IMG/VR virus record: IMGVR_UViG_3300029922_000017
Location: 74,918 to 138,917 of that record
Source of the DNA: a virus
Direction: 5' to 3' (one strand)
DNA length: 64,000 nucleotides
Of this stretch, positions 18,985 through 29,586 are shown piece after piece. How positions within the stretch are numbered: position 1 is the stretch's first letter; every line of letters begins with the position of its first letter. The notes below the pieces were generated by a model that saw only the letters and a list, made by a program, of their open reading frames with translations, was not told the DNA's origin and ran no database searches. Position numbers and translations under genes: made by a program.

Positions 18985-20186
18985 AAATTAAGAAAATTGG
19001 GATAGAAATTCATTTACGGAACTTTTATCTAAATCAAAGAATTTATCTTCATCTTCAACCCAAAAATAATTTCCATCACATTTAATCCCAATAGGAGTCC
19101 TATGATGATTTCTAAGTCCTAAACGTTTATTCTCCTTTACAATTTCAACATATCCAGAAACGTCTATAAACTTTCCTTTAACTGTTTTAATTTTAGTAAT
19201 CATATTTCAACTATATCTAAATTTTATTATTTGTCAAGCGGGTAATGTGGAAATATAAGTCCAAACGTCTCTATCCGTATTATACCAGCACAAATCTCTC
19301 CATTTCGAGGTATATTTAGCAGTATTATAAGGTCTCCGAACACTTAATTTAGCATCTTGAGGGAATTTTCGACTTGGAATATACGTCCATTCTTCATCAT
19401 TAAATATAAGTTTATTCATATTTTATGTCTGAACTAGATTTGTTAGGTTGTAATAATGACAATACGGACAAAATAATGCAATTTTATTGCCTCTATTGGT
19501 TATCGTAACATATTGACGAGTATTAAATAATCCCTCACAATTCCCACAGATTGCCGTTAATTTTGGATTTCCCCATGAACATATACTCCAACCCGATACG
19601 CTAATCGCATTTGTATATTTCTCAATTTTCATATGCTAATTCAATTTCTTAGTTAGCCAACCTTGTTTAGTATTTCTATAGATAAAATGACCAAATCTAA
19701 GTCTCCATTGACGAATTGGGATAAAATTGTTGATATGTTTATTAATTCGGAATAATAGCGGCTTACGCTGAAAATCTTTAATTTTACTTTCAATATTCCG
19801 GCATTTAAAACAGATTAATGTATTGTCATCATCCAAGACTGCCCAATGTGATAATCGTTTAGGATTGCAATTGTTCTGAACAACTAGTTTACATTCACAC
19901 CGAGAACAATGTTTATTAATCTGGAATAGTTGTTTCTTTAAATCAAATTTGATACTCATGTTGTAAAGAAGTATATTGATTATCAATCAGGAGTCAACTA
20001 GTTTCTCGAATTTCTTTCATGCTGCCCAAAATTTTATTGGCAAATGCTTCCAATTCATCGGCATCTCTAAATTTAATAATGGTGTTATCACCTATAAATA
20101 CCAAGAGGCATTCTTCATAAACATCCCCATCAGAATCATGTAAATTTTTAGAAAATGAATATTCCATACTATTCTTTTTTTATTTC

Positions 20187-20627
20187 TTATATTCCAGAGT
20201 ATATCGATACTTCTTCGTTCAATTTTCGCCTATCTTCTTTCATTTCATCTAATAATCTAAATCTATAGGCGGCAAATCCACATTCAAGACCGGTATCAGC
20301 CCTTTTACAACTATATCCAACTAATTCTAGAGTTTGGCAGATGCCTTGTAAGGTTGGTCCAGATGTATTGAAGCCCTTAATTACATATACTTTTCCGACC
20401 ACTGGCCAATGTGGATATACATCATAAAAGTCTCTAGAACCCATCTTTTCAGTTCTTGATGGCTCAATGCAAACAACTTTATCTCCACTAAAATCATTTC
20501 CAATTGAAAATATATGACAATATCCTAATCCATCATAATACGAATTGCACCGATAACAATAATAAACATTTCGATTGGTTAGCACAAATATAAACAAAAG
20601 TATCAATGAAACGGTTATTATAATCAT
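20187..20627 (-). CDS. hypothetical membrane-anchored protein
   Basis: N-terminal hydrophobic helix; GDKVVCI...GKVYVI...FAAYRF. Confidence 0.6.
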   Translation of the reverse strand: MIIITVSLILLFIFVLTNRNVYYCYRCNSYYDGLGYCHIFSIGNDFSGDKVVCIEPSRTEKMGSRDFYDVYPHWPVVGKVYVIKGFNTSGPTLQGICQTLELVGYSCKRADTGLECGFAAYRFRLLDEMKEDRRKLNEEVSIYSGI

Positions 20628-20630
20628 AAG

Positions 20631-21146
20631 TTAATTACCATACCAGTGAACATCATCCACTGATGGATTATTAATAGTTACTGGCTTAGTTGGGTCATAA
20701 TTACAGATATAAACATCAATTCCACTATTTTCAAATACTACTTCAATCATTTTTTCAATGATTGAATAGTTTGCTCCACCCAAGGCAGAGCCTATAAACT
20801 TTGGTAAAGCGCACGATTTTAATCCAAGTGTTACCATATTGTTTTTGATTGCCTCCAATCCAATATAGAAGGCTTCATAGTTCGTCTGTCTTTCAAAGAC
20901 ACCAACGTTAAATTGCCCATAGAGATTGTATATATAACGACCATCTTTTTTGGACTGTGCAACACTATATGTTCCTAATTTTTTAGGGTCTGATTTAGCT
21001 GTTTTTAAATCTGCGTCATATGCTTCGGGGTAATTTCGTCTCATAATACCCGCAAGTCCTCCCCAACAACCAGTTAAGCAATTACAGGAATGTATATATG
21101 CATCACATTCCTGTTTAAACATATCTATATCAATATTAGTAATCAT
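20631..21146 (-). CDS. macrodomain (Appr-1''-p processing / ADP-ribose hydrolase)
   Basis: HSCNC...WGGLA, YNLYGQF, LPKFIGSALGG. Confidence 0.85.
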   Translation of the reverse strand: MITNIDIDMFKQECDAYIHSCNCLTGCWGGLAGIMRRNYPEAYDADLKTAKSDPKKLGTYSVAQSKKDGRYIYNLYGQFNVGVFERQTNYEAFYIGLEAIKNNMVTLGLKSCALPKFIGSALGGANYSIIEKMIEVVFENSGIDVYICNYDPTKPVTINNPSVDDVHWYGN

Positions 21147-21471
21147 AATTTAAATTTTTTGGCTTGTTCAACGGCATTTTCATATCCATAATCAATACAA
21201 AATTTCCTATTGGCACGTTCCAATTTAACGACTGCTTCAACTATATCAAATAGTTGTTGGTTAAATAGTTTAAATAATAGCCAGTTTTTAATTTTACTTT
21301 TCATAGTTTTTAATATCATCTTCCCACAATTGAAATTGTGATTTGGTTTTTAATTCTTCAATTCTGACCAGCCCGTTGGGATAATAAAATTTAACTATTC
21401 CTTTACGAGTAAGCTTTCCATCCTTAAATGTAATTTTATCCTTCGGTTTAAATTTTTGCAACTTCATAAGG

Positions 21472-21816
21472 TTATTCCTTTACCATTGCTTTTCCATATA
21501 AGGTTTTAGGTGCTTCGGAAAAATATTTAAACAGAGCAGGGCATAACCATCCTTGCATATCATAAACCGAGCAATAATACCAATTACCGCCATGTTCCTC
21601 ATGAAGCCACGTCAATTTAATATCATAGGTTGGAAATGGAGTTGCGGCAAACAGAAGATTGAAACCTTTGCTGGCATTTGGAATATCCTTAACTAACCGG
21701 TCAATGATAGTATCAATACCAGCAACAAATGGCTCTTTACAGAGACCAACATTGGCATCATTAAACACCCACATTCCATTATGTTTATAAGGAGAAATTA
21801 GTCCAATAGCATTCAT
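21472..21816 (-). CDS. DUF6717-like conserved hypothetical protein
   Basis: WVFND..GL.KEPFVAG, GWLCPALFKYF. Confidence 0.7.
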   Translation of the reverse strand: MNAIGLISPYKHNGMWVFNDANVGLCKEPFVAGIDTIIDRLVKDIPNASKGFNLLFAATPFPTYDIKLTWLHEEHGGNWYYCSVYDMQGWLCPALFKYFSEAPKTLYGKAMVKE

Positions 21817-22048
21817 GTTTATTTTTTAGGAAAAAATTTATCAGCTTTCAATAATTTGATATTTTTCTTAGATTCGGTTATCATTTGTTTAATTTCGGAG
21901 CGACTACAACAATCATTAAATAGACCCCCTCTTTACTGCTTCCAATACAGATTGTTCCTGTCGAATACATTCTGCATTATAAGCCTTGCGTGAAATCTTG
22001 ATATTCATGTTTAGGAGTATATCGGAAATAAATTAAATGTCAAGTCAT

Positions 22049-22642
22049 TTAAATTTCATAGCACTGGTCGATTTTTAATCCAATATGTCTTACTCCATTA
22101 TGGATAATATCATGCCATTTATGATGATGTCCTGAAATTACCAATTCCGGCTTCCGAATACTAATCATCTCATCAAGTAACAGCCGAGTAAATGATTTAT
22201 CATATATCAACTTATAACCTTCGGCAATATATTGCGGACAATCATGCGCCAATAATATTTTAGCATTACTAAACTTCCACCCCTCAATACATCGCAATGA
22301 GTCGGCATATGAAATTTCTTCATATTCCCACCAGTCAACCCCGACAATTCTTGTGTCTTTATCACGACTATCAGCCCCTCCAACAAAAAATACATTTGAA
22401 TTAAATTCTCCAAATTCTCCAAGATAACTAGGCAATTTAACTGCTTCTTTTTTGTCGTCGTGGTTGCCGCAAAAAAATTTAAAATTTACAGGCAAACATT
22501 CTTGGAGAAATTTAGTCGGCATAAGCCCAACCCCAAAATCTCCAATCTGAATGATGGTTTTAGAAGGATTGTCATTTGCAAGTTTAATGCAATGATTGAG
22601 GTTGCAATGCACGTCTCCCAAAATTATTAAGCTCTCTGACAT
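22049..22642 (-). CDS. calcineurin-like metallophosphoesterase
   Basis: GDVH, GDFG, GNHD, HDCP, GHHH. Confidence 0.9.
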   Translation of the reverse strand: MSESLIILGDVHCNLNHCIKLANDNPSKTIIQIGDFGVGLMPTKFLQECLPVNFKFFCGNHDDKKEAVKLPSYLGEFGEFNSNVFFVGGADSRDKDTRIVGVDWWEYEEISYADSLRCIEGWKFSNAKILLAHDCPQYIAEGYKLIYDKSFTRLLLDEMISIRKPELVISGHHHKWHDIIHNGVRHIGLKIDQCYEI

Positions 22643-22691
22643 CTTGATATAATATCAAATTATAAACAAAAGTCAACTATTTTCTGCGTAA

Positions 22692-24074
22692 CTATCCAAT
22701 AGCGTTATTTTGCATATCCCAAAATTTCTGAAGAGCAATATTCCCACATCTGGCCTGAAATTGAGCAGGAGTCTCACCTTCACCATCTTCCACGGTTTTA
22801 TCAATAAGTTCTGGGCAATCTGACATAATGAAATTAGCCAATATAAGACGCTGTTCTTTAGCCATATTACCTAGTTCAATAATCCTATCTATTCTTCCGG
22901 GCCGGGACGAAACTCCGGTCTTTGTATTTGGTAGTCCAATTGCTTCATCTATATGTTTAATATTATTGGTTGTAATCATTAATAATACTCCATCTGCCTG
23001 TTTCACGCCACTGATACAATTCAGTAAGCAATCAAACGTCAAATGAGTAGAATTAGCGGAACTTGCACCTACATATTCCCTACCATGAAATATATTATCA
23101 ATATCTTCTATTAATACGATGCACGGAGTATTGGACAATATCCTATCGTCCCATGCGCTACATAATTCTTCATTAGTCATCCCGTTTAGGTCTATGCAAA
23201 AAATAGGTAAATTATAAGTCATTCCAATTGCTTTAACTAAAGTGGATTTACCACCTCCCGGCTTTCCAGCAAGAAGAATTCCTGTGCGATGTGGTATAGA
23301 CCTACTACGAAACCACTGCTCGTTTTTCATCCAGCAATCAATATACTTAATTGAGTCATGAACTTCTTTTGGGAATGGATATCCAGTAAACGGAGTCTGA
23401 CCTTCTTCGGGCTGTGCGATTAAATCTTTCAAATCCCACTTTAATAATCTAAATACTCCCTGCGATACTAATTCAATAATTTCGCCGTTGCTTCTGACAG
23501 GAGATGTGGCGTGGTCGGTTGGTTCGTTCTGTGATTTCTGATTATATTCAGTCTTCGTATCAACATGACCAATTCTTACAATCTTAAACCGGTCTTTTCT
23601 CTGTATTTTATTGTCGGGGTTTAACTCTTTGACATTTTTTGTAGTTTTATTATGATATTCAATTGCCGACACAATAAATCCTTCAATATCGAACCATCCA
23701 CGGATGGCTCTTAACTTTACATTATCCAGACTAGTGCTTGATATCAGCGCATATCTTCCCTTATATTTTACAATCCCAATATTGTTACCATCCAAGGTTT
23801 GAAACCCAACTATTTCATTATTCCGATTGGGATGCACATATGAATTAATACCGGCATATTTCTTTATACCAAATGGAGATTTCATCTTATTCTTCATTGA
23901 ATATGAAATGACTGCAAAAGACGCATGTTTGTTAATGTCGGTATCACTTATGATAATACTACTAACATATCTAAATCCAGATTTTACATAGTTCCAACCA
24001 GCCGTCGCCAATGCAAATATACTTGCACCCCCAACTATTCCAGCAGTTCCCAACGTAGCCGTAGTTAATTCCAT
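22692..24074 (-). CDS. BCS1-like AAA+ ATPase with N-terminal membrane anchor
   Basis: GKPGGGKS, IEDID, LLNCISG, MITTN, RPGRID. Confidence 0.9.
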   Translation of the reverse strand: MELTTATLGTAGIVGGASIFALATAGWNYVKSGFRYVSSIIISDTDINKHASFAVISYSMKNKMKSPFGIKKYAGINSYVHPNRNNEIVGFQTLDGNNIGIVKYKGRYALISSTSLDNVKLRAIRGWFDIEGFIVSAIEYHNKTTKNVKELNPDNKIQRKDRFKIVRIGHVDTKTEYNQKSQNEPTDHATSPVRSNGEIIELVSQGVFRLLKWDLKDLIAQPEEGQTPFTGYPFPKEVHDSIKYIDCWMKNEQWFRSRSIPHRTGILLAGKPGGGKSTLVKAIGMTYNLPIFCIDLNGMTNEELCSAWDDRILSNTPCIVLIEDIDNIFHGREYVGASSANSTHLTFDCLLNCISGVKQADGVLLMITTNNIKHIDEAIGLPNTKTGVSSRPGRIDRIIELGNMAKEQRLILANFIMSDCPELIDKTVEDGEGETPAQFQARCGNIALQKFWDMQNNAIG

Positions 24075-24507
24075 AATTTAAATAATATCTTTCTTTGAAA
24101 TTTTATTGACCGGATAAACACACTTTGAACAGACAATGCGGGGTGTATTCGTCCCAACGTCCCATGCCAATATTGTCCAGTGATTTGAGGTTATGTCTTT
24201 GGCATCGTTAAACGACTCTACTTTATTACACACTTCACATTTTAATTTTTTGTATTGGTATGCCATTATTCTTTATCCTTCACTCCATCCCGCAATGACC
24301 AACCATACCAAAATCCATCAACGTATGATTTGTCCTGTAATTGCTTAATATATTTCCGGAGTTGTCCCATGTCAAATTCGGAAATATAAATGTTTCCATT
24401 TTCCGAATACTTATTGGGAAGTGTTATAATATTCTTACCCCTTTCAAACATTGCATCAATCTTGGCAATCTCACCATCAACAAATTTGTCGCTGAAAACT
24501 CTACGTT

Positions 24508-25542
24508 TCATAGACCTTTAATTTTTAATACTGTATTAGGATTGGAGGTTAGCTTACCACCACCAAGAATCAGGTTGCCGCATGTAACTAATCCTTCTTC
24601 TTCATCCATAGAAGGAACAAATACCAGCACATCAAACCCCTTAGCTTTCAATTCTTCTTCGGGTTTCTTATAGGGTGTATAAGAATCATAGCCACCAACC
24701 GTTTTGATATTATTCTGAATACTCTCAGGATTATTATGAATCGGAGTAATCTTAATCATAAATTTATCCTTATCAAACAAATCAGCAACCTTTTGAGCAT
24801 CAATTGAATAATCAGTGCAATAGGCAAAGTTGAGGCAATATTTACGACTAATAGGAGTCGGCATCTTTGCAGCAATCTTAGAAAATGACTCCAAATCTAA
24901 TTGATTACCATTAAACATATATTCTCGCTGTGCCTCATCCGTAGAATTGATGCTAAACTGAGTTCCCGCCTGACCATTATATAAATTATTCTTAATGTCG
25001 CACCAACGCATGATACGCTCTTCCAACAATTTAAATCTCTTCGGAAGAGAAGTAGTAAGCACAGGATGGATAACTTCAATACTCAACCCAGTATCAGCTT
25101 TAATTTGTAATTTGTTTTTATAAATCCACTCAGCAAATTCAAATACATTTTCATTAAAAATGGGGTCTCCCATTCGAGCAAAATGCAAATTCAATCGTTC
25201 AGTATATTTAGTTTTATCTGAGAATAGACCAATTGCATTATACAATTGCTGCTTCAAATCATTGAATGAAGCATTGCCGCCAAATTTAATATTGGGAACT
25301 GAACAAAAACGACAAGCCACACTGCACCCATACTGAGTGCTAACAGTCACCACCCACTTCTCACTTAATGGCATACAATAAGTGTTCGGCACACCTTTAA
25401 TTTCATCATTAAATCCAAGGAAATCTGCTTTGACATTATATTGCTTCCCATAATCGCCAATAGAAAGAGTTTCAAGTTGTCCCTTATCATATTTACCTAC
25501 AAATAGGTAGCCAGTGGGAATTAAATGTTTAGTAGTAATCAT
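24508..25542 (-). CDS. RlmN/Cfr-like radical SAM protein
   Basis: VSTQYGCSVACRFC, RMGDP (MGEP-like), C-terminal TCGNL. Confidence 0.8.
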   Translation of the reverse strand: MITTKHLIPTGYLFVGKYDKGQLETLSIGDYGKQYNVKADFLGFNDEIKGVPNTYCMPLSEKWVVTVSTQYGCSVACRFCSVPNIKFGGNASFNDLKQQLYNAIGLFSDKTKYTERLNLHFARMGDPIFNENVFEFAEWIYKNKLQIKADTGLSIEVIHPVLTTSLPKRFKLLEERIMRWCDIKNNLYNGQAGTQFSINSTDEAQREYMFNGNQLDLESFSKIAAKMPTPISRKYCLNFAYCTDYSIDAQKVADLFDKDKFMIKITPIHNNPESIQNNIKTVGGYDSYTPYKKPEEELKAKGFDVLVFVPSMDEEEGLVTCGNLILGGGKLTSNPNTVLKIKGL

Positions 25543-25811
25543 GTTTATATATTACCCAAAATAGATTAAATGTCAATCTAATTTTTTCAAAACGTCGAAA
25601 CTTATTATTCGACATTCACACTTATCTCCATCAAATTGAAATTTGTGATATTCTATAATATTCCACAAGTCTCGTTTTACATGTCCACCTTTGTAAGTGA
25701 CAATACTTCCAATAGGAAATACTTTACTGTCAAACCTATGAAGTCTATCACTATATACAATCTCTCGTAAAGTGATAAATCTATCTCCTATATTATATGG
25801 TAATTGACGGG

Positions 25812-26486
25812 TCATTCTAATTTTTTCCAATCATATTTATAGTCGTGAAGTGGCTTATCCCATTTAGCCAACTCCGTCGTTAAGTCGTATTTACCACGCT
25901 CATTTCGAGTTAGAATGTGAAATTCACAGTTCTTAGGATTTTTTAATGTTTCAAATTCTTCTATATCCAAATGCATCCATCTGGTAAGGAAGGCACGGAG
26001 TAGCATTCCGTGAGTAACAATAATTACATTATCAGGATAATCGACCCTTTCAAAATCACGGTGTAAAGTATCCATAAATCCACCAACTCTATCGTAGCAA
26101 TCCGCAACTGACTCACCCCCATGAAATCTATAATAAAATGTGCTATAAGCATCTCGTGCAGTTTCATCATTTTCACTGTAACCAGCCAACGGCAATTTAC
26201 CAGTCCATTCTTGCTCTCGTAATCTGGGGCAAGAATACATTTTAGAATTGGAAAATGATTTCTTTATCAATTGATAAGTCTGACGTGTTCGCCAAAACGG
26301 AGAAATATAAAATTGAACATGCTTATCTCCAATGATATTTTTAATCTTAACACCGGCTTCCAATGCTTGTTGTTTACCAAGTTCTGTAAGTTCCATAGCA
26401 TAATCCGGTTTAGTCTTATAAATAGCTTTATCGACGTTGGCTTCACTTTCCCCATGCCTGACTAATATGATTGATTTAGGCTTCAT
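25812..26486 (-). CDS. histidine phosphatase (phosphoglycerate mutase family)
   Basis: LVRHGES, SPFWRT, LREQEW, GES, VTHG; start ATG 26486 overlaps the upstream TGA. Confidence 0.9.
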   Translation of the reverse strand: MKPKSIILVRHGESEANVDKAIYKTKPDYAMELTELGKQQALEAGVKIKNIIGDKHVQFYISPFWRTRQTYQLIKKSFSNSKMYSCPRLREQEWTGKLPLAGYSENDETARDAYSTFYYRFHGGESVADCYDRVGGFMDTLHRDFERVDYPDNVIIVTHGMLLRAFLTRWMHLDIEEFETLKNPKNCEFHILTRNERGKYDLTTELAKWDKPLHDYKYDWKKLE

Positions 26487-27157
26487 TTTAAGTTGTGTTT
26501 TGTTATTGCGTTGCACCATTCTATAAATTCTTTATCTGTTAAATCTTGTTTCATAACATTTACTATTTTATGAACCCATTGGACATTTGTTTTAATATAA
26601 CCTTGCATTGAATCAATTCTATCGAGAGATGCCGTTCCATCCCGCTTATCTCCTCTAGATTGAAATTTTAACTCCACTCCAGACAATGCACATTTTCGAT
26701 TTTGTTTTAAGAATATATCCCACATTTCCTCTTTTGTCAAATTAAATTTCAAATTTCTTTTTATGGTAGATTGTTTTACGGAATGTATATACGACCCAGA
26801 CATTTCTCCGATGCCTGACCAATGTGGATGTTTGGAACGTAAATAAAAATGACTACAGCCACACGACCTAATAGTGCCTCTAGTTAAATGTGAATGTCGA
26901 ATAATCGTAATTTCTCCACAATTACATTTACATTTCCAGTATTGGTTAATTCCTCGTTTTTCATGGAATGACAGCACTTTCAATCTTGCATATGTCCGAC
27001 CAGTTAAATTTTGTTTTCTAGTAGATGGTTTTTTGCGATTACAAGTATCGCAAGGTGCATTTTTTCGTATTGCTCTATAAAGTTCATATTTTCGTCCATA
27101 TGATTGTAACGAATTGCATTCTGGACATTGTTTAGTCCATTCGGATTTATTTTTCAT
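26483..27157 (-). CDS. HNH-like homing endonuclease with zinc ribbons
   Basis: CPEC, WKCKCNCG, SCGC; CALSG...ASLDRIDS.QGY..TNVQWVH..VN.MK. Confidence 0.85.
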   Translation of the reverse strand: MKNKSEWTKQCPECNSLQSYGRKYELYRAIRKNAPCDTCNRKKPSTRKQNLTGRTYARLKVLSFHEKRGINQYWKCKCNCGEITIIRHSHLTRGTIRSCGCSHFYLRSKHPHWSGIGEMSGSYIHSVKQSTIKRNLKFNLTKEEMWDIFLKQNRKCALSGVELKFQSRGDKRDGTASLDRIDSMQGYIKTNVQWVHKIVNVMKQDLTDKEFIEWCNAITKHNLK

Positions 27158-27159
27158 AT

Positions 27160-27290
27160 CTGTCAGTGCCTTTTAATTTAAAATAGGAATACTACCTAAC
27201 CCATGGACTGTTTTGTTGGCACTGACAGTTGGTTGTAGAGGTAGTATTCCTATAAATGATTTTAGTATGTCAGTGCCTATATTATAAATA
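27160..27290 (-). promoter_or_regulatory. TATTTATA promoter plus interleaved inverted-repeat leader
   Basis: 15-bp IR 27183-27197/27239-27253; 11-nt segment 27218-27228 complementary to both 27160-27170 and 27268-27277. Confidence 0.7.
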
Positions 27291-27697
27291 TAAGCAAGAT
27301 ATGAAATAATTTAAAATAATCTAATGTTTCCAGCTTCTTTGCTCGTTAATTGTTTAAGTATTTCTCGTTGCTCTTCTGGCAACTTTAAAATGACTTCGCC
27401 TACTTTACCAGATTTATCATTTCCAGTCAAGGGGCAATTTGAAGGTCTACAACCCAATACATTTTTCATTATTATTTTATTTGCCATTCTATGAATTAGA
27501 GTATGGGGAGTCATAAAAATAGATATCCCATGCCATCAAGCATTTTAGGATTATGTTTAATTAATTGTGCCATATTTGCCGCTAATGTAGCATTTTTAAC
27601 CATAGCAACCGTAACCCAATAGTATGAATCATTTTCACATTGAACTATATATGGGAAGTCGCTAATCAATTCTTGTCTTTTAATTCTAATTTTCATA

Positions 27698-28351
27698 TTA
27701 AATATATGGATTGGCCATGATACTATCAATCGTGCCAGTCGGCATATCATCAAGCGTCTGAACGAATTGCTTCATCATCCGAAATGAATTGGGTAACATT
27801 GCATCAGGAACATTACTAACTCTATCAGTAAATACTTTTAATTGTTTCGCCGCCATTACTGCCGTTGCATGAGTCTTTGCCATTAAAATATCATGACTTT
27901 CCGGTGTAAATTTGGGATGTTGGTCGTCTAAAGTCAGTGGCTTGGAATAATCATAATATATGATTTCGGATACCTTCGAAAATAAAGTTAAAAAATCATT
28001 TTCAATCGTTTCGGTGCTGAACCAAGTATCATGATTTTTATTACATGAATGAGTAAAGATAGAATTGCGCTTATCAGCCGGTGTTCTTTTTCCAAACAAC
28101 GGATGAATACTGGTTACATTATCGGTATATTTCAATAGTGTATCGGTAGTTGATTTTTGGATGGAACACACGTTCACAATGTGTTTTTTTAGGATGCCAC
28201 CATAATTTCTACCACATTCATCATATGCCGAAGCCGGAACCGCTAAGATTACAGACTGTGCTTCGTTATAATCCACCAATTCGCAATGTGGACTTAACAA
28301 TTCTTTAAGAAATGTTCCAAACGCCCCGTTGCCACAGATATAAATTTTCAT
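27698..28351 (-). CDS. prephenate/arogenate dehydrogenase-like protein
   Basis: ICGNGAFG Rossmann motif, ILAVP, VCSIQ, SIHPLFG, TPESHDILMAKTH. Confidence 0.8.
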   Translation of the reverse strand: MKIYICGNGAFGTFLKELLSPHCELVDYNEAQSVILAVPASAYDECGRNYGGILKKHIVNVCSIQKSTTDTLLKYTDNVTSIHPLFGKRTPADKRNSIFTHSCNKNHDTWFSTETIENDFLTLFSKVSEIIYYDYSKPLTLDDQHPKFTPESHDILMAKTHATAVMAAKQLKVFTDRVSNVPDAMLPNSFRMMKQFVQTLDDMPTGTIDSIMANPYI

Positions 28352-28353
28352 AA

Positions 28354-28827
28354 TTATTTTCCAAAAATTTCTTTGACTTTATTATCCATTTCAATATCTC
28401 GTTCTATATTAACTGTTAATATATTCTTATTAACAATATTCATAATAAGACTTCTAATTACAAGGTCTTCTGAGTGTGTAGTGCAATCTTCTAACCTACC
28501 AAATGAGGTATAAGAATTACAACTCCACCGGCTCAATTTAATTACAGTCCCGATGGTATATGATGTTTTATAAGTATCCGTCTTCTTTGTCAGCCAATAC
28601 CAACAAGTATCCTTGCGGATTTCCCATTCAATATTAGAATTAGTTAAATCTTGCTTGATTAATTCAATAGCTTGTAAAGCCCACAGCGGGCGACTTACCG
28701 GTGATTTTTTAGTAAATGTCGAATAATATTTATCACTATCTTCTTTGCGTTCCCACTCATATTCACTATCATCCGAACAATTGTTGCTAAACCACAACCA
28801 CGGCATTAATAAAATAAAAGGCCACAT
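28354..28827 (-). CDS. hypothetical protein
   Basis: 157-aa ORF in operon. Confidence 0.6.
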   Translation of the reverse strand: MWPFILLMPWLWFSNNCSDDSEYEWERKEDSDKYYSTFTKKSPVSRPLWALQAIELIKQDLTNSNIEWEIRKDTCWYWLTKKTDTYKTSYTIGTVIKLSRWSCNSYTSFGRLEDCTTHSEDLVIRSLIMNIVNKNILTVNIERDIEMDNKVKEIFGK

Positions 28828-28831
28828 AATA

Positions 28832-29206
28832 TTATAATAGTAAGAATTTGACTATAAACCCAACAAACAAGACCAACCATGGAAATCCAAATACCGTCAC
28901 AATTTCAAGGCCAATTTCTTCTTCTTCCTTGCTATTCAAGAGTAAGCTGAAATTAATCCTCGAAGTTACCAACTTCACTAAAAGAAACATGCCAATTATA
29001 GTTCCGATTTTAGCCACTCCGCTCGCAGCAATCACCGGCAGGACGAACCAATTCCACAATTTAAAGGCAACAAACCCATAAGAGAATAGATAGGCCATTA
29101 CTATTAAAATCAATAATGGAAATCCAAGTCCGGTAAAAAAAGAACCGGTTGGTTTCTCGGAATCAGTTGTCAATTTCTTAAATTTTTCTCGTAAATCGTT
29201 GGTCAT
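28832..29206 (-). CDS. membrane protein
   Basis: Three hydrophobic segments, KLWNWFV motif. Confidence 0.7.
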   Translation of the reverse strand: MTNDLREKFKKLTTDSEKPTGSFFTGLGFPLLILIVMAYLFSYGFVAFKLWNWFVLPVIAASGVAKIGTIIGMFLLVKLVTSRINFSLLLNSKEEEEIGLEIVTVFGFPWLVLFVGFIVKFLLL

Positions 29207-29209
29207 AAA

Positions 29210-29585
29210 TTAATTCTTTCTTGTAAATTTAAACGATGCCTCATAAGTTTCATTATATCCCGGTTTATCATATTCAACATTCCATCCAACTTCCCGATAA
29301 ATCGGTTCAACATCAAGCCAGCCATTCTCAAAAATTTTGGCTGATGATATGTTATGTAAGTTGCGGACTTCTCCTAAAATTTCTTTTTGATAGAGCGTGG
29401 CCGAGCCATTCCGCACCTCCACTAATAATTGTCGTTAAAGGGGTTGGAGATTTTGAATTTATGTAATCTATGAGCGTATCTGCTACTCGATACATTTCAT
29501 TATATTTATCCAAATCTAAGTTATCGTAATCGGAACCCCGGCCAGCACTGCCAACGACACTAAGACTTAATTCATCTTTAATCAT
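29210..29585 (-). pseudogene. deletion-fusion scar: SLOG-like N-terminal fragment joined out of frame to the C-terminus of another phage gene
   Basis: VGSAGRG...ISGGAEW fragment, then frame switch to ...IFENGWLDVE.IY...GWNVEYDKPGY. Confidence 0.55.
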
Positions 29586-29586
29586 A

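Noticed and set aside
24508-25542. Cfr antibiotic-resistance gene
   Set aside because: Only family-level motifs are visible; it is too divergent to assign Cfr specificity.
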